From contig CBDCXR010000004.1 in assembly GCA_965223845.1 (NCBI GenBank), positions 1,024,001-1,088,000 of the forward strand: DNA of 64,000 bases, given 5' to 3'. Source of the DNA: Planctomycetota bacterium (GTDB lineage Bacteria > Planctomycetota > UBA8108 > SXIK01). The position numbers and the translations under genes are program-made. This document shows, one piece after another, positions 21,762 to 31,581 of this stretch (positions are counted from its first letter, which is position 1; every line of letters begins with the position of its first letter). The notes beneath the pieces are model-generated. The model was not told where the DNA came from and did no database searches. It saw only the letters and a list, made by a program, of their open reading frames with translations.

Positions 21762-22064
21762 ATCGACGCGAGTCCGAGCACTCGCGCGAAACGAATCCGT
21801 CCTCCGGCCGCCGATCCTGCCCGGGAGTGAGCGTCCGGGTTTCGCTCGAAGACGAAGCGCCGACGAGAAACGTCTGGTCTCGAGACGCCCGTTCTCATAC
21901 ATCACCCGACTCTGTGCGCGTCGAGACGCCGCTTGCGCGCCCTCGTCTGTGAACGAATCGAGTGACGATACTCGCGTTCACCCTAACATTGCCCGCAAAC
22001 AGCATGGTACTCGTGGAAGTGAAGTGGTCTCGACTTCGTCTTCGCGTCGCACGAGAGATCTGAG

Positions 22065-22094
22065 TTTGACTCGTCAAAACCCCATCGGTATCAT
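22065..22094 (+). promoter_or_regulatory. Sigma70-like promoter with palindromic operator overlapping the -35
   Basis: TTGACT (22066-22071), 17 bp, TATCAT (22089-22094); TTTGAC-TC-GTCAAA inverted repeat at 22065-22078. Confidence 0.6.
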
Positions 22095-22779
22095 GGCCAG
22101 CTGGGTTTGGGACCCTGTCTGGAACTCTCCAGCCGAATAGAGGAAGGGGTCGCCTCGCTACGAGGCTGTTTCTCCCAGAATCTCGCTTTTCTAGTCGCGG
22201 GTAGGTCGACGCTCGAGTTGCACCCACTGCCTTTCACTGAGCGCAGTGTGCATGCTCGAAAGAAAAGCCGGCAAAAACACTGGTCGAACTTGTTGGGTCG
22301 AACTCGCATTGCGGCCGCTGGTTGTCGGTGCGCAGAGCATGCCGGGCCTTGCTTTCTCGGCTTCGATGCGGCAGTTTAGATCCCAGTGGGTTGCCGAGGG
22401 TTGGGTTACGACGCGGCTGAACCCCCAGGGGACAGATTGAGATCACTGCTTGCGGCGAATCGCACGATTTCGCCTGTGCGAGCCCGGTCGAATGCACGCT
22501 CCGGACTCCGATAGTTCGCCGAACTGTCGGAAGAGTCCGTCGAGCGTACACGGACACGACCGCGGCAAAAGCGCACAAAACGAGGAACACCGAACGCTGT
22601 TTGAACCACTGTTCTTGGTCTGAAGCCTTTTGGATTCGGAGCGATGAGGGCTCCGGGTCAATCGTAAAGGGAGGTGCTGCGTTGCAGGGTTGGGTCAACC
22701 AGCTCGACTTTCCACAGAATGGTCCACAATTCTTGATCCTGAACTAAGGTTGGAATGTGATGCCTCGAGGAGGAAAAAG

Positions 22780-24744
22780 ATGAAACAACTGAGGTATTGG
22801 AGTTTCCTTCCGGCTGCGTGCCTCCTGGCCCTACCGCTCTTCGGCCAGTCGTCGCTGCAGCTTGGAGGTGCCCCGGTTGCGAAGGAGGGAGACGTCACGA
22901 ACGTGACCGTGACCCTCGATGCCGATGGGGAGGTCGAGGGGATCGTCGTCGCTGCGGATTGGAACGGCGGCGTCGGACTGGGCGACAGCCTGACTCCGGG
23001 CGCGGTCGTCGCCGGGGCGGACGTCCTCGTGACGCGCCTCGAACCAGACTACGCGGTCCTCGGTGCCGTCATGGACAATGACGGTGTCGACCCGACCGTG
23101 ATCCCCGCGGGGGAGAGTCTGATCGCGACGATCGGCATCGAGATCCTCGCGGCCGACGAAGTCCTCAGCGTCCAGCTTACCGACTCGACCTACGCGTCGA
23201 TGGAAGGCAGCCCGCTGCTCGACAACATCATCGTCCAGGGCGGACTCTCGATCGGCTCGGAAGAAGGACTCGGTGGCGTCGGCCCGGACGGGAAGTTCGA
23301 CGTCCCGACCGTCGATTGCCTCCCGCGTCTCTTCTTCTCGGGCCCGCTGGCAAACAACAACGAGCCGACCGCAGTCGCGAACGTGATGCTCGAGAATTGC
23401 GTCCCGGTCGAGGGCTACGTCGTCGCCGTTTGTCACGGCCCGGGCGTCGTCCCGATCGACATCGTCCCGGGTTCGGCCGCCGTTGCCGCTCCGTTCGAGT
23501 TCGCGGCGGGTGAGCTGTCCGCGACCGGCGCGACTCTCGGTGTGGTCCTCGACTTCGAGGCTCCGTTCGCGGGACAGACCCTCGATCCCGGCGTGAACCA
23601 GGTCGCGGTGATCACGTACTCCGTCGAAGACGACAGCGTTTCGAGCGTGCCGCTCGAGTTCTGCGACAATGTCCTCGGCGATCCGCTCAAGGAGAACGTG
23701 TACGTGACGGGCGGTCGCTCGATCGGAAGGGGCGAAGGACTCGTTCTCTTCGACGACGCTCTCACGATCACGCCGATTGGCGATCGCCGTGAGATCTGCG
23801 ACAACGGGATCGACGACGACGGGAACGGACTCATCGACAGCGAAGACCCGGCGTGTCAGCAGGGCTTCTACTGCGGCAATCGCGAGCTCGGCGACGACGG
23901 GCTCCCGACTGACGTCGAGATTCCGCTCGGCGGCGAGGCTGAGGTCTGTTTCTTCCTGCTCACGCCGGAAGATAACGCCATCGGTGAAATCCAGCAGTTC
24001 GATCACGTCCAAGGTTTCTCGATGTCGGTCTCGTACTCCTGCAGTCTTTCGGCTGAGGAAGACCTCGACATCAGCGGAACGATCCTCGAGGCCCTCGGGG
24101 CTGAGTTCGTCTCCGTTCAGGCGGACAACGACCCGAACGACGGTGACGGCTGCGAGCTGATCATCGGTGTTCTCGTCGACGCTCTCCCGCCGTTCGATGG
24201 TGCGACGATCCCGCCGAGCGACCTGCTTCAGCGCGTGGGTTGCGTCACGTTCCATGCGTCCGACAGTCCGGATGTGTGCGGCGAGGAAGGCGTATTCGAA
24301 TTCGTCGACGGATTGAAGGGTCGCGGCAACGTGCCGGTCAAGAACCTGATCTCCGTCGAGAACCAGTCGCGTCGGCCTGCGCTCAACAACTGTGGCTACA
24401 CGGTCGTAGGCGCTCGCATCTTCTTCCGCGGCGACTGCAACTTCTCGGGCGAAGGCATGGGAATGGCCGTCAACATCGCGGATGCCGCGACGACGATCAG
24501 CGCCCTCTTCGCGCCGGACGTTCTGAAGCCGGAAATTCAGTGTGAGGACGCGTGTGATTGCAACGACGACGGTCGCTTCGACCTCGCCGATGCGATGTGC
24601 ATTCTCAACTATCTCTTCAAGTTTGGGCGGGTTCCGTCCGCTCCGGGTCCGGGACTCGATCCCGTCACGTGGGAACCGACTCCTCCGGGACCGGATCCCA
24701 CGCCGGACGCGCTCACCTGCGAGATGGGTACCGGCTGCCGTTAG
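22780..24744 (+). CDS. Secreted array protein A: 3 cohesin-like domains, Asp-rich motif, C-terminal dockerin-like domain
   Basis: GAGGAGG Shine-Dalgarno; signal peptide; EICDNGIDDDGNGLID; RGDCN..NIAD and DCNDDGRFDLADA EF-hand-like pair. Confidence 0.75.
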   Translation: MKQLRYWSFLPAACLLALPLFGQSSLQLGGAPVAKEGDVTNVTVTLDADGEVEGIVVAADWNGGVGLGDSLTPGAVVAGADVLVTRLEPDYAVLGAVMDNDGVDPTVIPAGESLIATIGIEILAADEVLSVQLTDSTYASMEGSPLLDNIIVQGGLSIGSEEGLGGVGPDGKFDVPTVDCLPRLFFSGPLANNNEPTAVANVMLENCVPVEGYVVAVCHGPGVVPIDIVPGSAAVAAPFEFAAGELSATGATLGVVLDFEAPFAGQTLDPGVNQVAVITYSVEDDSVSSVPLEFCDNVLGDPLKENVYVTGGRSIGRGEGLVLFDDALTITPIGDRREICDNGIDDDGNGLIDSEDPACQQGFYCGNRELGDDGLPTDVEIPLGGEAEVCFFLLTPEDNAIGEIQQFDHVQGFSMSVSYSCSLSAEEDLDISGTILEALGAEFVSVQADNDPNDGDGCELIIGVLVDALPPFDGATIPPSDLLQRVGCVTFHASDSPDVCGEEGVFEFVDGLKGRGNVPVKNLISVENQSRRPALNNCGYTVVGARIFFRGDCNFSGEGMGMAVNIADAATTISALFAPDVLKPEIQCEDACDCNDDGRFDLADAMCILNYLFKFGRVPSAPGPGLDPVTWEPTPPGPDPTPDALTCEMGTGCR

Positions 24745-24775
24745 TCTCTGACCAAACGGTATCGGCTTCGAGCTG

Positions 24776-24816
24776 AAGAGCACTCGGGACTCTCACGTCC
24801 CGAGTGCTCTTTTTTT
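24776..24816 (+). terminator. Intrinsic terminator after gene A
   Basis: AAGAGCACTCGGGAC / 6-nt loop / GTCCCGAGTGCTCTT followed by a T run. Confidence 0.88.
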
Positions 24817-25124
24817 GTGTGAGCTCGTCGATACTCGGCGAGCCCTTTCGAGCAAGAAAAATGCTCGGCTGGACCCGCGACACGCCGCTCGTCGACGCGT
24901 AAAATAGCTTTCACGCTGTGTTCCGAGCCGCCTCCGGTGGTCGCCAAATGCGGCTGGAGGCATCTCCGAGGAAGCTCGCGCGCTGTCCGTTCGCCGCGGC
25001 CTTCGATCGGAAGCGCGATCTGCGGACCACTGCAGCTTCACGCCTCGACATCTTGAGTTTTGCTTCACGCTTGGCGTGCGCCGTCTGCGCGCGGCACGCT
25101 TGTGGGACCGAGGATTTGTAAAGA

Positions 25125-27104
25125 ATGAACCGTACGAGAGCTACTCTGCACGCGCTCGTCTGGTGTGTGCTCGCAGCCGGCCCGCTCGCGGCGCAAGAGC
25201 GATTCGAGCTCGCGTTGGGCGAAGGCGTGGGAGCGCCCGGGGAACGCGTGACGATACCCGTGAGCATGACGAGCACCGCCGACGTGCAGGGAATCGTCGT
25301 CGCGTTCGAGTGGAACGGCGAAGTCGCGGAAGGCGTCGAGCTGACGCCGACGGCCGCACTCGATGCGGCGGATCTCGTGGTGGCGCGCGTCGAAGCGGAC
25401 TACATGGTTCTCGGCGTCGTCGTCGACACCGACGGCGATGGTCCCGACGCGATTCCCGCTGTCGACGATCAGACGATCGCCGAGGCGAGCCTCACGTGCC
25501 TTCCCATCGGCGAAGGTGAAGTCTCGACGGGCCTCGCGCTCGTCGACGGCAAGTACGCGTCGATCGAAGGGGGACCGATCCTCGACAATCTGCTCGCGAT
25601 CGGCGGGCTGTCGATTCGCATGGTGGACGGCCTCGAGCTTACGGATGGGCTGCTGACCTGTCGCGCACCGGAGTCTACGGTCGAGTTCGCGATCGTTCCC
25701 TCGGGGGCCGCGCCGGGAGCGTGTGTCGACGTTCCCATCGTCATGGCGAGCAACACGTCGATCGAGGGCTATGAGCTGTCCGTCGTTCACCCCGACGGCC
25801 TCGACTTGCAGTCGATCGAGCTCGGTGCCGCGGCGATCGCGAACGGCGCGGACTTTCACCAAGCCGAAGTGTTCGAGTTTGGCGGCACTCTCGGCGTCGT
25901 CCTCGATCTCAGTGCTCCCTTCGCGGGCAATGTCATTCCACCGGGAAGCGATCTCGAGATCGCGCTCTACCGCTACTGCTGCCCGCCGATCGCGGATCCC
26001 GACGTCGTCGAGATTCTCTTCCCTCTCGAATTCGCGGACGACGTGCTCGGCGATCCGCCGAAGGCGAACACGGCGGTTTCCGGTGGCGTCGAAGTCCCCG
26101 TGACGCTCGTCAACGGTTCCGTTCTGTGCAGCCGCGAGCTCGGCGATGAAATCTGCGACAACGGCGTCGACGACGACGGAGACGGACTTGTCGACGAGAA
26201 CGACCCGGATTGCCGCCAGGCGTCGCAGATGTTCGCCTGCGGAGCGCGCGAGAAGGACGCGGACGGGAATCCCGCCATGCCGACCGGACAGGTCGGTCAG
26301 ACGGTTGAGGTGTGCTTCTTCTACAAGTCACCGGAGGACAACGTCGCAGGTGGCGCGCAGTTCGATCAGGTTCAGGGCTTGTCTATGGGAGTCTGCTACC
26401 CCTGCGAGCTCTCGTGCGACGAATCGTCGCTCGATATCGCAGGAACGATCGTCGAAGCGGTCGAGGCGGATTTCGTGAGCCTTCAGTGTGACAACGACGC
26501 GAACGACGGCGACGGCTGCGAGCTGATCCTCGGGATCCTCGTCGATTCTCTGCCGCCCTTCGACGGGCGGACGCTTCCTCCGACCGACGACTTCATGCGC
26601 GTCGGTTGCGTCGACTTCACGATCGCGAGCGACTCGCAGCTCTGTGGTCAGTGCCTCCCCATCTCGTTCTGCGACGGCGTGAACGGTCGCGGCAAGGTGC
26701 CGATCAAGAATTTGATTTCCGCCGAGAACGAATCGCTCAGCCCGATGGTCATGGACTGCGAGGTCTGCGTGACCGGCGACGGAACGTTCCATCGCGGAGA
26801 CTGCAATTTCTCGGACATGGGAAACATGTCGGTCGACATCGCCGATCCCGCGGCGGTGATCAGCTTCCTCTTCATGTCGGGGCCGTGGCAGTTTCAGCCG
26901 CCCTGCCTCGACGCGTGTGACTGCAACGACGACGGGCGGATCGATCTCGCGGACGCAACGTGTATGCTCCACTTCCTCTTCCTCTTCGGATCGTTTCCGC
27001 CGGACCCCGGTCCCGGATTCGACATGATGGGAATGGAGCTTCCGCGCGGTCCAGATCCGACGCCGGATCTTCTCGGGTGTCAGGGTGGAGCGGAATGCCA
27101 GTAA
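25125..27104 (+). CDS. Secreted array protein B, paralogue of A
   Basis: Signal peptide; VTIPVSM...VQGIVVAFEW cohesin-like strand pattern; EICDNGVDDDGDGLVD; shares DGDGCELI and KNLIS.EN with A; dockerin-like C-terminus. Confidence 0.75.
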   Translation: MNRTRATLHALVWCVLAAGPLAAQERFELALGEGVGAPGERVTIPVSMTSTADVQGIVVAFEWNGEVAEGVELTPTAALDAADLVVARVEADYMVLGVVVDTDGDGPDAIPAVDDQTIAEASLTCLPIGEGEVSTGLALVDGKYASIEGGPILDNLLAIGGLSIRMVDGLELTDGLLTCRAPESTVEFAIVPSGAAPGACVDVPIVMASNTSIEGYELSVVHPDGLDLQSIELGAAAIANGADFHQAEVFEFGGTLGVVLDLSAPFAGNVIPPGSDLEIALYRYCCPPIADPDVVEILFPLEFADDVLGDPPKANTAVSGGVEVPVTLVNGSVLCSRELGDEICDNGVDDDGDGLVDENDPDCRQASQMFACGAREKDADGNPAMPTGQVGQTVEVCFFYKSPEDNVAGGAQFDQVQGLSMGVCYPCELSCDESSLDIAGTIVEAVEADFVSLQCDNDANDGDGCELILGILVDSLPPFDGRTLPPTDDFMRVGCVDFTIASDSQLCGQCLPISFCDGVNGRGKVPIKNLISAENESLSPMVMDCEVCVTGDGTFHRGDCNFSDMGNMSVDIADPAAVISFLFMSGPWQFQPPCLDACDCNDDGRIDLADATCMLHFLFLFGSFPPDPGPGFDMMGMELPRGPDPTPDLLGCQGGAECQ

Positions 27105-27221
27105 GTTCGGAGTGTGTGATCGCCAGCGCGCATAGGCGGCTGGCGTAGCGCGAGAGTGGACGGGGGGAAATCCATGATTGGTGCTAGGTCGGAGGGCAGA
27201 GAGAGGGAGAGGAGTTGGGTG

Positions 27222-28721
27222 ATGTCGAGGTTCGTCGGAACTGCCCTCGTTGCGGTCGTGATCGCTGGGGCGAACGTGGGAGCGATCGCCCAGGAGTTCT
27301 CCTTGGCGTTCGATACGCCCGAGGAAGTTCGAGGAGAGGCGGGCAGCACCGTCGGGATCGACGCTGCCGCCGTGCTCGCATCGAGCGCCGCCTCTCCCGG
27401 AGCGAGTGGCTGGCTGGTTGCGATCTCGGCCGAGGGCGCGACCGTAGTCTCGGCGACGACTGCGGGCACGGTCGGAGCGGAGGCGACCGATGGGGCGCCG
27501 GGTATGCGCGACGACGGCTTCGAGTCGACCGAGATCATCGATGCCGGCGGGGGCGTGATCAGCCGCGTCATTCTTTCCGAGTCGCTACCGGTCACTCTTC
27601 CTTCGGACGGGACGTACGACGTGCTCCACCTTCGCCTCGAGGCGGACGTGCCGCCCCCCGGGCGTGACGAAGTCGGAGATTTCGTCTGCGAGCCGCAAGT
27701 GGCGCGGCTTCTCTTCGCGGACGGTCTGATCGGCGCCGAGGGTGCCGCGAACAACTCGGTCTTCTACGGGGAAGGCGCGGAGGGCGCACCGACGATGTCC
27801 GAGTCGGAGATCCGGGTGTGTCCGCAGTTCGAGCAGATCATCGGCTACAGCATCGACGTCCTCGCTCCCGCCGGCGTGCGCGAGCGCGTCGAGGACAACA
27901 TCGCGTACTGGACCGTTCCCGTGCCGGTGTCCGCCAACACAGTGGACGTTACGGCGGGCGTGCGCCTTCACTCGAAGATCGACGACCCGGCCGCGGACGG
28001 AATTCAGGGTTGGTCCTGCTCGATCGTCACCGATCCGAGCTTCTTTCTCCTCTCGGCAACGGTGCAGCAGACTGCCGGGGACGAGGCTCCGATGGGCCTT
28101 CGTGATGGCGGGTTCGAGCGCACGGAGATCGTCGATCCGACCGATCCCGAGAACGCGGGACGCGAGGGCGCAGTGACGGCCGTCGTCCTTTGCTTCGGCT
28201 GTCCGATCACGCTTCCCCTCCAGAGCGAAGAGCTCGTGCTGAGAGTGACCGGTGAGGTCGATGTCTCGAGCATCACCGCTCCCGACCAGACGATCGACCC
28301 GATCACCGTCCGTCCGACGAGCATCGACGAGCTCGGGCTGCGCGGATCCGGGATCCCCGTAAAGACGACGGCGACGATCCTCGGCGATACCCGGACCCCG
28401 GATGTCCAGGGGCTCTCGTTCCAGCTCGTGGGCGCTCGTCAGACCGTGCTTCTTCGGGGCGACGCGAACGCCGACGGACGGGTCAACATCGGCGATCCGA
28501 TCTTCATCGTTCACGACCTCTTCCTCGGCGGCGTGCCGGTCGAATGTACGGATGCCGGCGACGCGAACGACGACGGTTTCATGGACATTTCGGACGCGCT
28601 CTACTTGATCAACTACCGCTTCCGGGCCGGACCGGCGCCGCGCGCACCGTTTCCGAACTGCGGCGCCGACACGAGCGGTGACGATCTCGCGTGTCCGGGA
28701 AGCCAAGCTCGTTGTTTGTAG
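27222..28721 (+). CDS. Secreted array protein C: 2 cohesin-like domains plus dockerin-like domain
   Basis: Signal peptide ending AIA-QE; QGWS, AVVLCFGC; RGDANADGRVNIGDP...DANDDGFMDISDA. Confidence 0.75.
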   Translation: MSRFVGTALVAVVIAGANVGAIAQEFSLAFDTPEEVRGEAGSTVGIDAAAVLASSAASPGASGWLVAISAEGATVVSATTAGTVGAEATDGAPGMRDDGFESTEIIDAGGGVISRVILSESLPVTLPSDGTYDVLHLRLEADVPPPGRDEVGDFVCEPQVARLLFADGLIGAEGAANNSVFYGEGAEGAPTMSESEIRVCPQFEQIIGYSIDVLAPAGVRERVEDNIAYWTVPVPVSANTVDVTAGVRLHSKIDDPAADGIQGWSCSIVTDPSFFLLSATVQQTAGDEAPMGLRDGGFERTEIVDPTDPENAGREGAVTAVVLCFGCPITLPLQSEELVLRVTGEVDVSSITAPDQTIDPITVRPTSIDELGLRGSGIPVKTTATILGDTRTPDVQGLSFQLVGARQTVLLRGDANADGRVNIGDPIFIVHDLFLGGVPVECTDAGDANDDGFMDISDALYLINYRFRAGPAPRAPFPNCGADTSGDDLACPGSQARCL

Positions 28722-29356
28722 GGGAAAAGATAGGGTCCGACCGGGGGCGGCGGCCGCACCGAACTAGACCGCTTCAAACCCGCGTTTCGCCGGCGGAGAA
28801 GCATGAATTCGTCGAAATGGTCCTTTCCTTCGTCCGGGGCGACAGATAGAATTCGTCCTAGCCTTTAGGAGAGGGTCTGCGACGCCACCGGTTTCGAGGG
28901 GCGACGTACTCCAGAGGCGATCAGCTACGACTAGTATCCTGGTGATCACTAACGGGTGGGTGCGTGCCTCGGCTCGATCGAGCGGCGCTAAACAGTGCCG
29001 GCGGAGCAGAGGACCATCGAGTTGCGGGTGCCGCCGCGATCGCTCAGCTCACGCGAGCTTCGCGGTGCGGCTGTAGTTTGGCGACTCGGCCGCATTCCGC
29101 GACAGTGTAGGCGGTCACGGGTTCCTACCGGGTGCAGAGAGTGGACCGACCCGCCGATCGTTCGGCGAATCGGACAACCAAGAATTCCTCAACCGGCAGT
29201 TCCTAGTGGGGTTCGGCCACGACGGTGTTTTAGCGTTTCGGTGTGTTTCGGATTCAAAGGGTCTTTTCGTCCTCTCGCGTCTAGATCGCGAGAGACTTTC
29301 GCGCGCGGCCGGTGAACTTCGTTCGAGCGGTCGCTTCCACGGGAGGAGAATCGAGA

Positions 29357-30775
29357 ATGAAGAAAGTGTGGATTTCCGGTCTCGTCGCCTGCGCGGCGCT
29401 GTGTTTCACGGCCGGCCTCTCTGCTCAGGAATACACCCTCGGCTTTTCGGGCCCCGACTCGTTCAGCGGCGCGGCGGGCTCCACCGTCGGTGCGGATTAC
29501 ACCTGTGATCTCGCGCACTCCGGCGATGGTGTCGGAGCGCAGGGTTGGTCCCTCGGTATCGTCGCCGACGGTGGCACGATTACGTCGATCACCACGGATG
29601 GCACGAAGACCGAAGAGGTCTACGACAGCGGCTTCAACAAGACGCGTCTCGCGACCGGCGACATCGCCGGTGCGGTGAGCGCCGTCGTCCTCTGCTTCGG
29701 TTGCCCCAACGTCATTCCGCCGAACGAGCAGCATCCGATCCTCGCGATCGGCGTCGAATTCGACATTCCCGCCGGAGGTGGCACGGCTACGCTCAGCTAC
29801 CAGGAAGGCCTCGTCGGTGAAGGACAGCCGGTCGATCTCGTCGTCACGGAGAACGGGATCAGTGCTCCTTTCGTTCAGGAAGAGAAAACCATCGCCCTCA
29901 GCGAATCGATGGACTGCTGCTCGGCGGCGTTTCTCTCCGGATTCAACCTCGGGCGCGCCGAGCCGCTGATCACGGACGACGACGATGACGCTTGTACCGG
30001 ATCGGCCACTCTCGTCGCGAGCGGGCCGACTCGCGTGTACGCGGCGGCGAAGTCGAACACCGACGGCGCCGGCATCCAAGGCTGGTCGTTCGGCGTCGAG
30101 TGCCGCGGCGATATCAGCATCGACGACATCTCGGACGTGGGCTCGGCAGCGGCGCCGGTAGCAGACGGCGGGCTCTACGACAGCGGCTTCAACAAGACGC
30201 GTCTCTCGCCGCCCGAGAACAATGACGACGGTCGCCGTGGTGCGGTCAGCGCGGTCGTCCTGTGCTTCGGTTGTGACAACGCGCTCGAGCCGGTCGGCAC
30301 CGAAGCGATGATCGGCATGGATATCAGCGGTACCGGCACGGGCGAGCTTCAGTTCGCGTCGGGCCTCATCGGCGAAGGTCAGCCGGTCGACAACGTCCTC
30401 ACCGTTCTCGGCACCAGCGTCCCCGTTTGTAACTGGGACGAAAACGGCAGCGGCCCGACGCTTACGATCGAGTTCAGAGAGCCGGAGGGTGTCGGCCCGA
30501 TGGTTCGCGGTGATGCGAACGACGACGGTAAGGTGAACATCGCCGACCCGATCTGGATCATCAACGAGCTCTTCCGCCAGGGACCGGCGACGGGTTGCGA
30601 AGCTTCCGCCGATGCCAACGCGGACGACGCCGTCGATCTCGGCGACGCGATGTACATCATCAACTACCGCTTCCTCGCGGGTCCGGCGCCGAGCGCTCCG
30701 TTCCCGGACTGCGGTTCGCTCGAAGTCGGTGCGACGTCGCTGTCGTGTGACACTCCGCACTCGAACTGTCTGTAA
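29357..30775 (+). CDS. Secreted array protein D: 2 cohesin-like domains plus dockerin-like domain
   Basis: GGAGG Shine-Dalgarno; signal peptide ending LSA-QE; twice QGWS/YDSGFNKTRL/SAVVLCFGC/GEGQPV; RGDANDDGKVNIADPIWIINELF. Confidence 0.78.
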   Translation: MKKVWISGLVACAALCFTAGLSAQEYTLGFSGPDSFSGAAGSTVGADYTCDLAHSGDGVGAQGWSLGIVADGGTITSITTDGTKTEEVYDSGFNKTRLATGDIAGAVSAVVLCFGCPNVIPPNEQHPILAIGVEFDIPAGGGTATLSYQEGLVGEGQPVDLVVTENGISAPFVQEEKTIALSESMDCCSAAFLSGFNLGRAEPLITDDDDDACTGSATLVASGPTRVYAAAKSNTDGAGIQGWSFGVECRGDISIDDISDVGSAAAPVADGGLYDSGFNKTRLSPPENNDDGRRGAVSAVVLCFGCDNALEPVGTEAMIGMDISGTGTGELQFASGLIGEGQPVDNVLTVLGTSVPVCNWDENGSGPTLTIEFREPEGVGPMVRGDANDDGKVNIADPIWIINELFRQGPATGCEASADANADDAVDLGDAMYIINYRFLAGPAPSAPFPDCGSLEVGATSLSCDTPHSNCL

Positions 30776-30827
30776 TCGCCGACTGAGCGGGGCCTCCGCG
30801 ACATCGGAACCCGCGAGCGATTCTTAG

Positions 30828-30871
30828 AAACAGGTCTCGAAAGTGCTGCGGCGCTTTCGAGACCTGTTTTT
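30828..30871 (+). terminator. Intrinsic terminator after gene D
   Basis: AAACAGGTCTCGAAAG ... CTTTCGAGACCTGTTT followed by Ts. Confidence 0.82.
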
Positions 30872-31581
30872 CGTTATGGTCTTCCCGCGCCAGGCCGCAG
30901 GCGGTGCGCCTAGCGGATATCGTTCTCCCGTCCGCGTCCTCCTCGGCGACGACGATCCTCGTGTCGTCGCGCCCGGGCGATGCACCGCCGATCTCGAGCT
31001 CGCACCGCACCCAATACGTTGGATGTACGGTAGCGAAGCCTCGGGATACGTTCTTCCCTTCCCGGACCATTCCGGCTTAGAATAGCTGCTGTCTGTGCAG
31101 GGGTTTGGGCCCCTTCGCGGTTTGGGTTTGGAGTCTCCTTCGCCATCGTTCGGCTGGGTAGTCGACGACTGGCAACCTCGCCGTAGCACAGAATCTCATC
31201 AAACAGCGTGACGGCGCACGCGTGGGGTCGGGCACGCGAGGGATCGGAGAGCTAGGGTCGTCGCTGCGACCCGGGCACGCTCGTTTCGCTTCGGGGTTCG
31301 GTGTCTCGAAGCGGAGCCAGTCGAGTGTCCGTGTCGTGTGTGCGGCGAGTGAGCCATCGGCGTCGATCGCGGCGGTCGCTCGATTTGGTCGAAGCGTCCC
31401 GCGCCCCCGCGCGGAGTGCTCGCGTCGAGTTTGCCGTTTTCGAAATCGAATCGAGTTTTCGCAATTACAGATTGCTTTCGGAGTCGGGAATGTGCCCGGG
31501 AGCTGTCTCGGAGGGAGGCGGCGTTTCCCGACGTACGAATCACCAGACTAGATGGAACGAGGACACAACGAGGAGAGAGAA

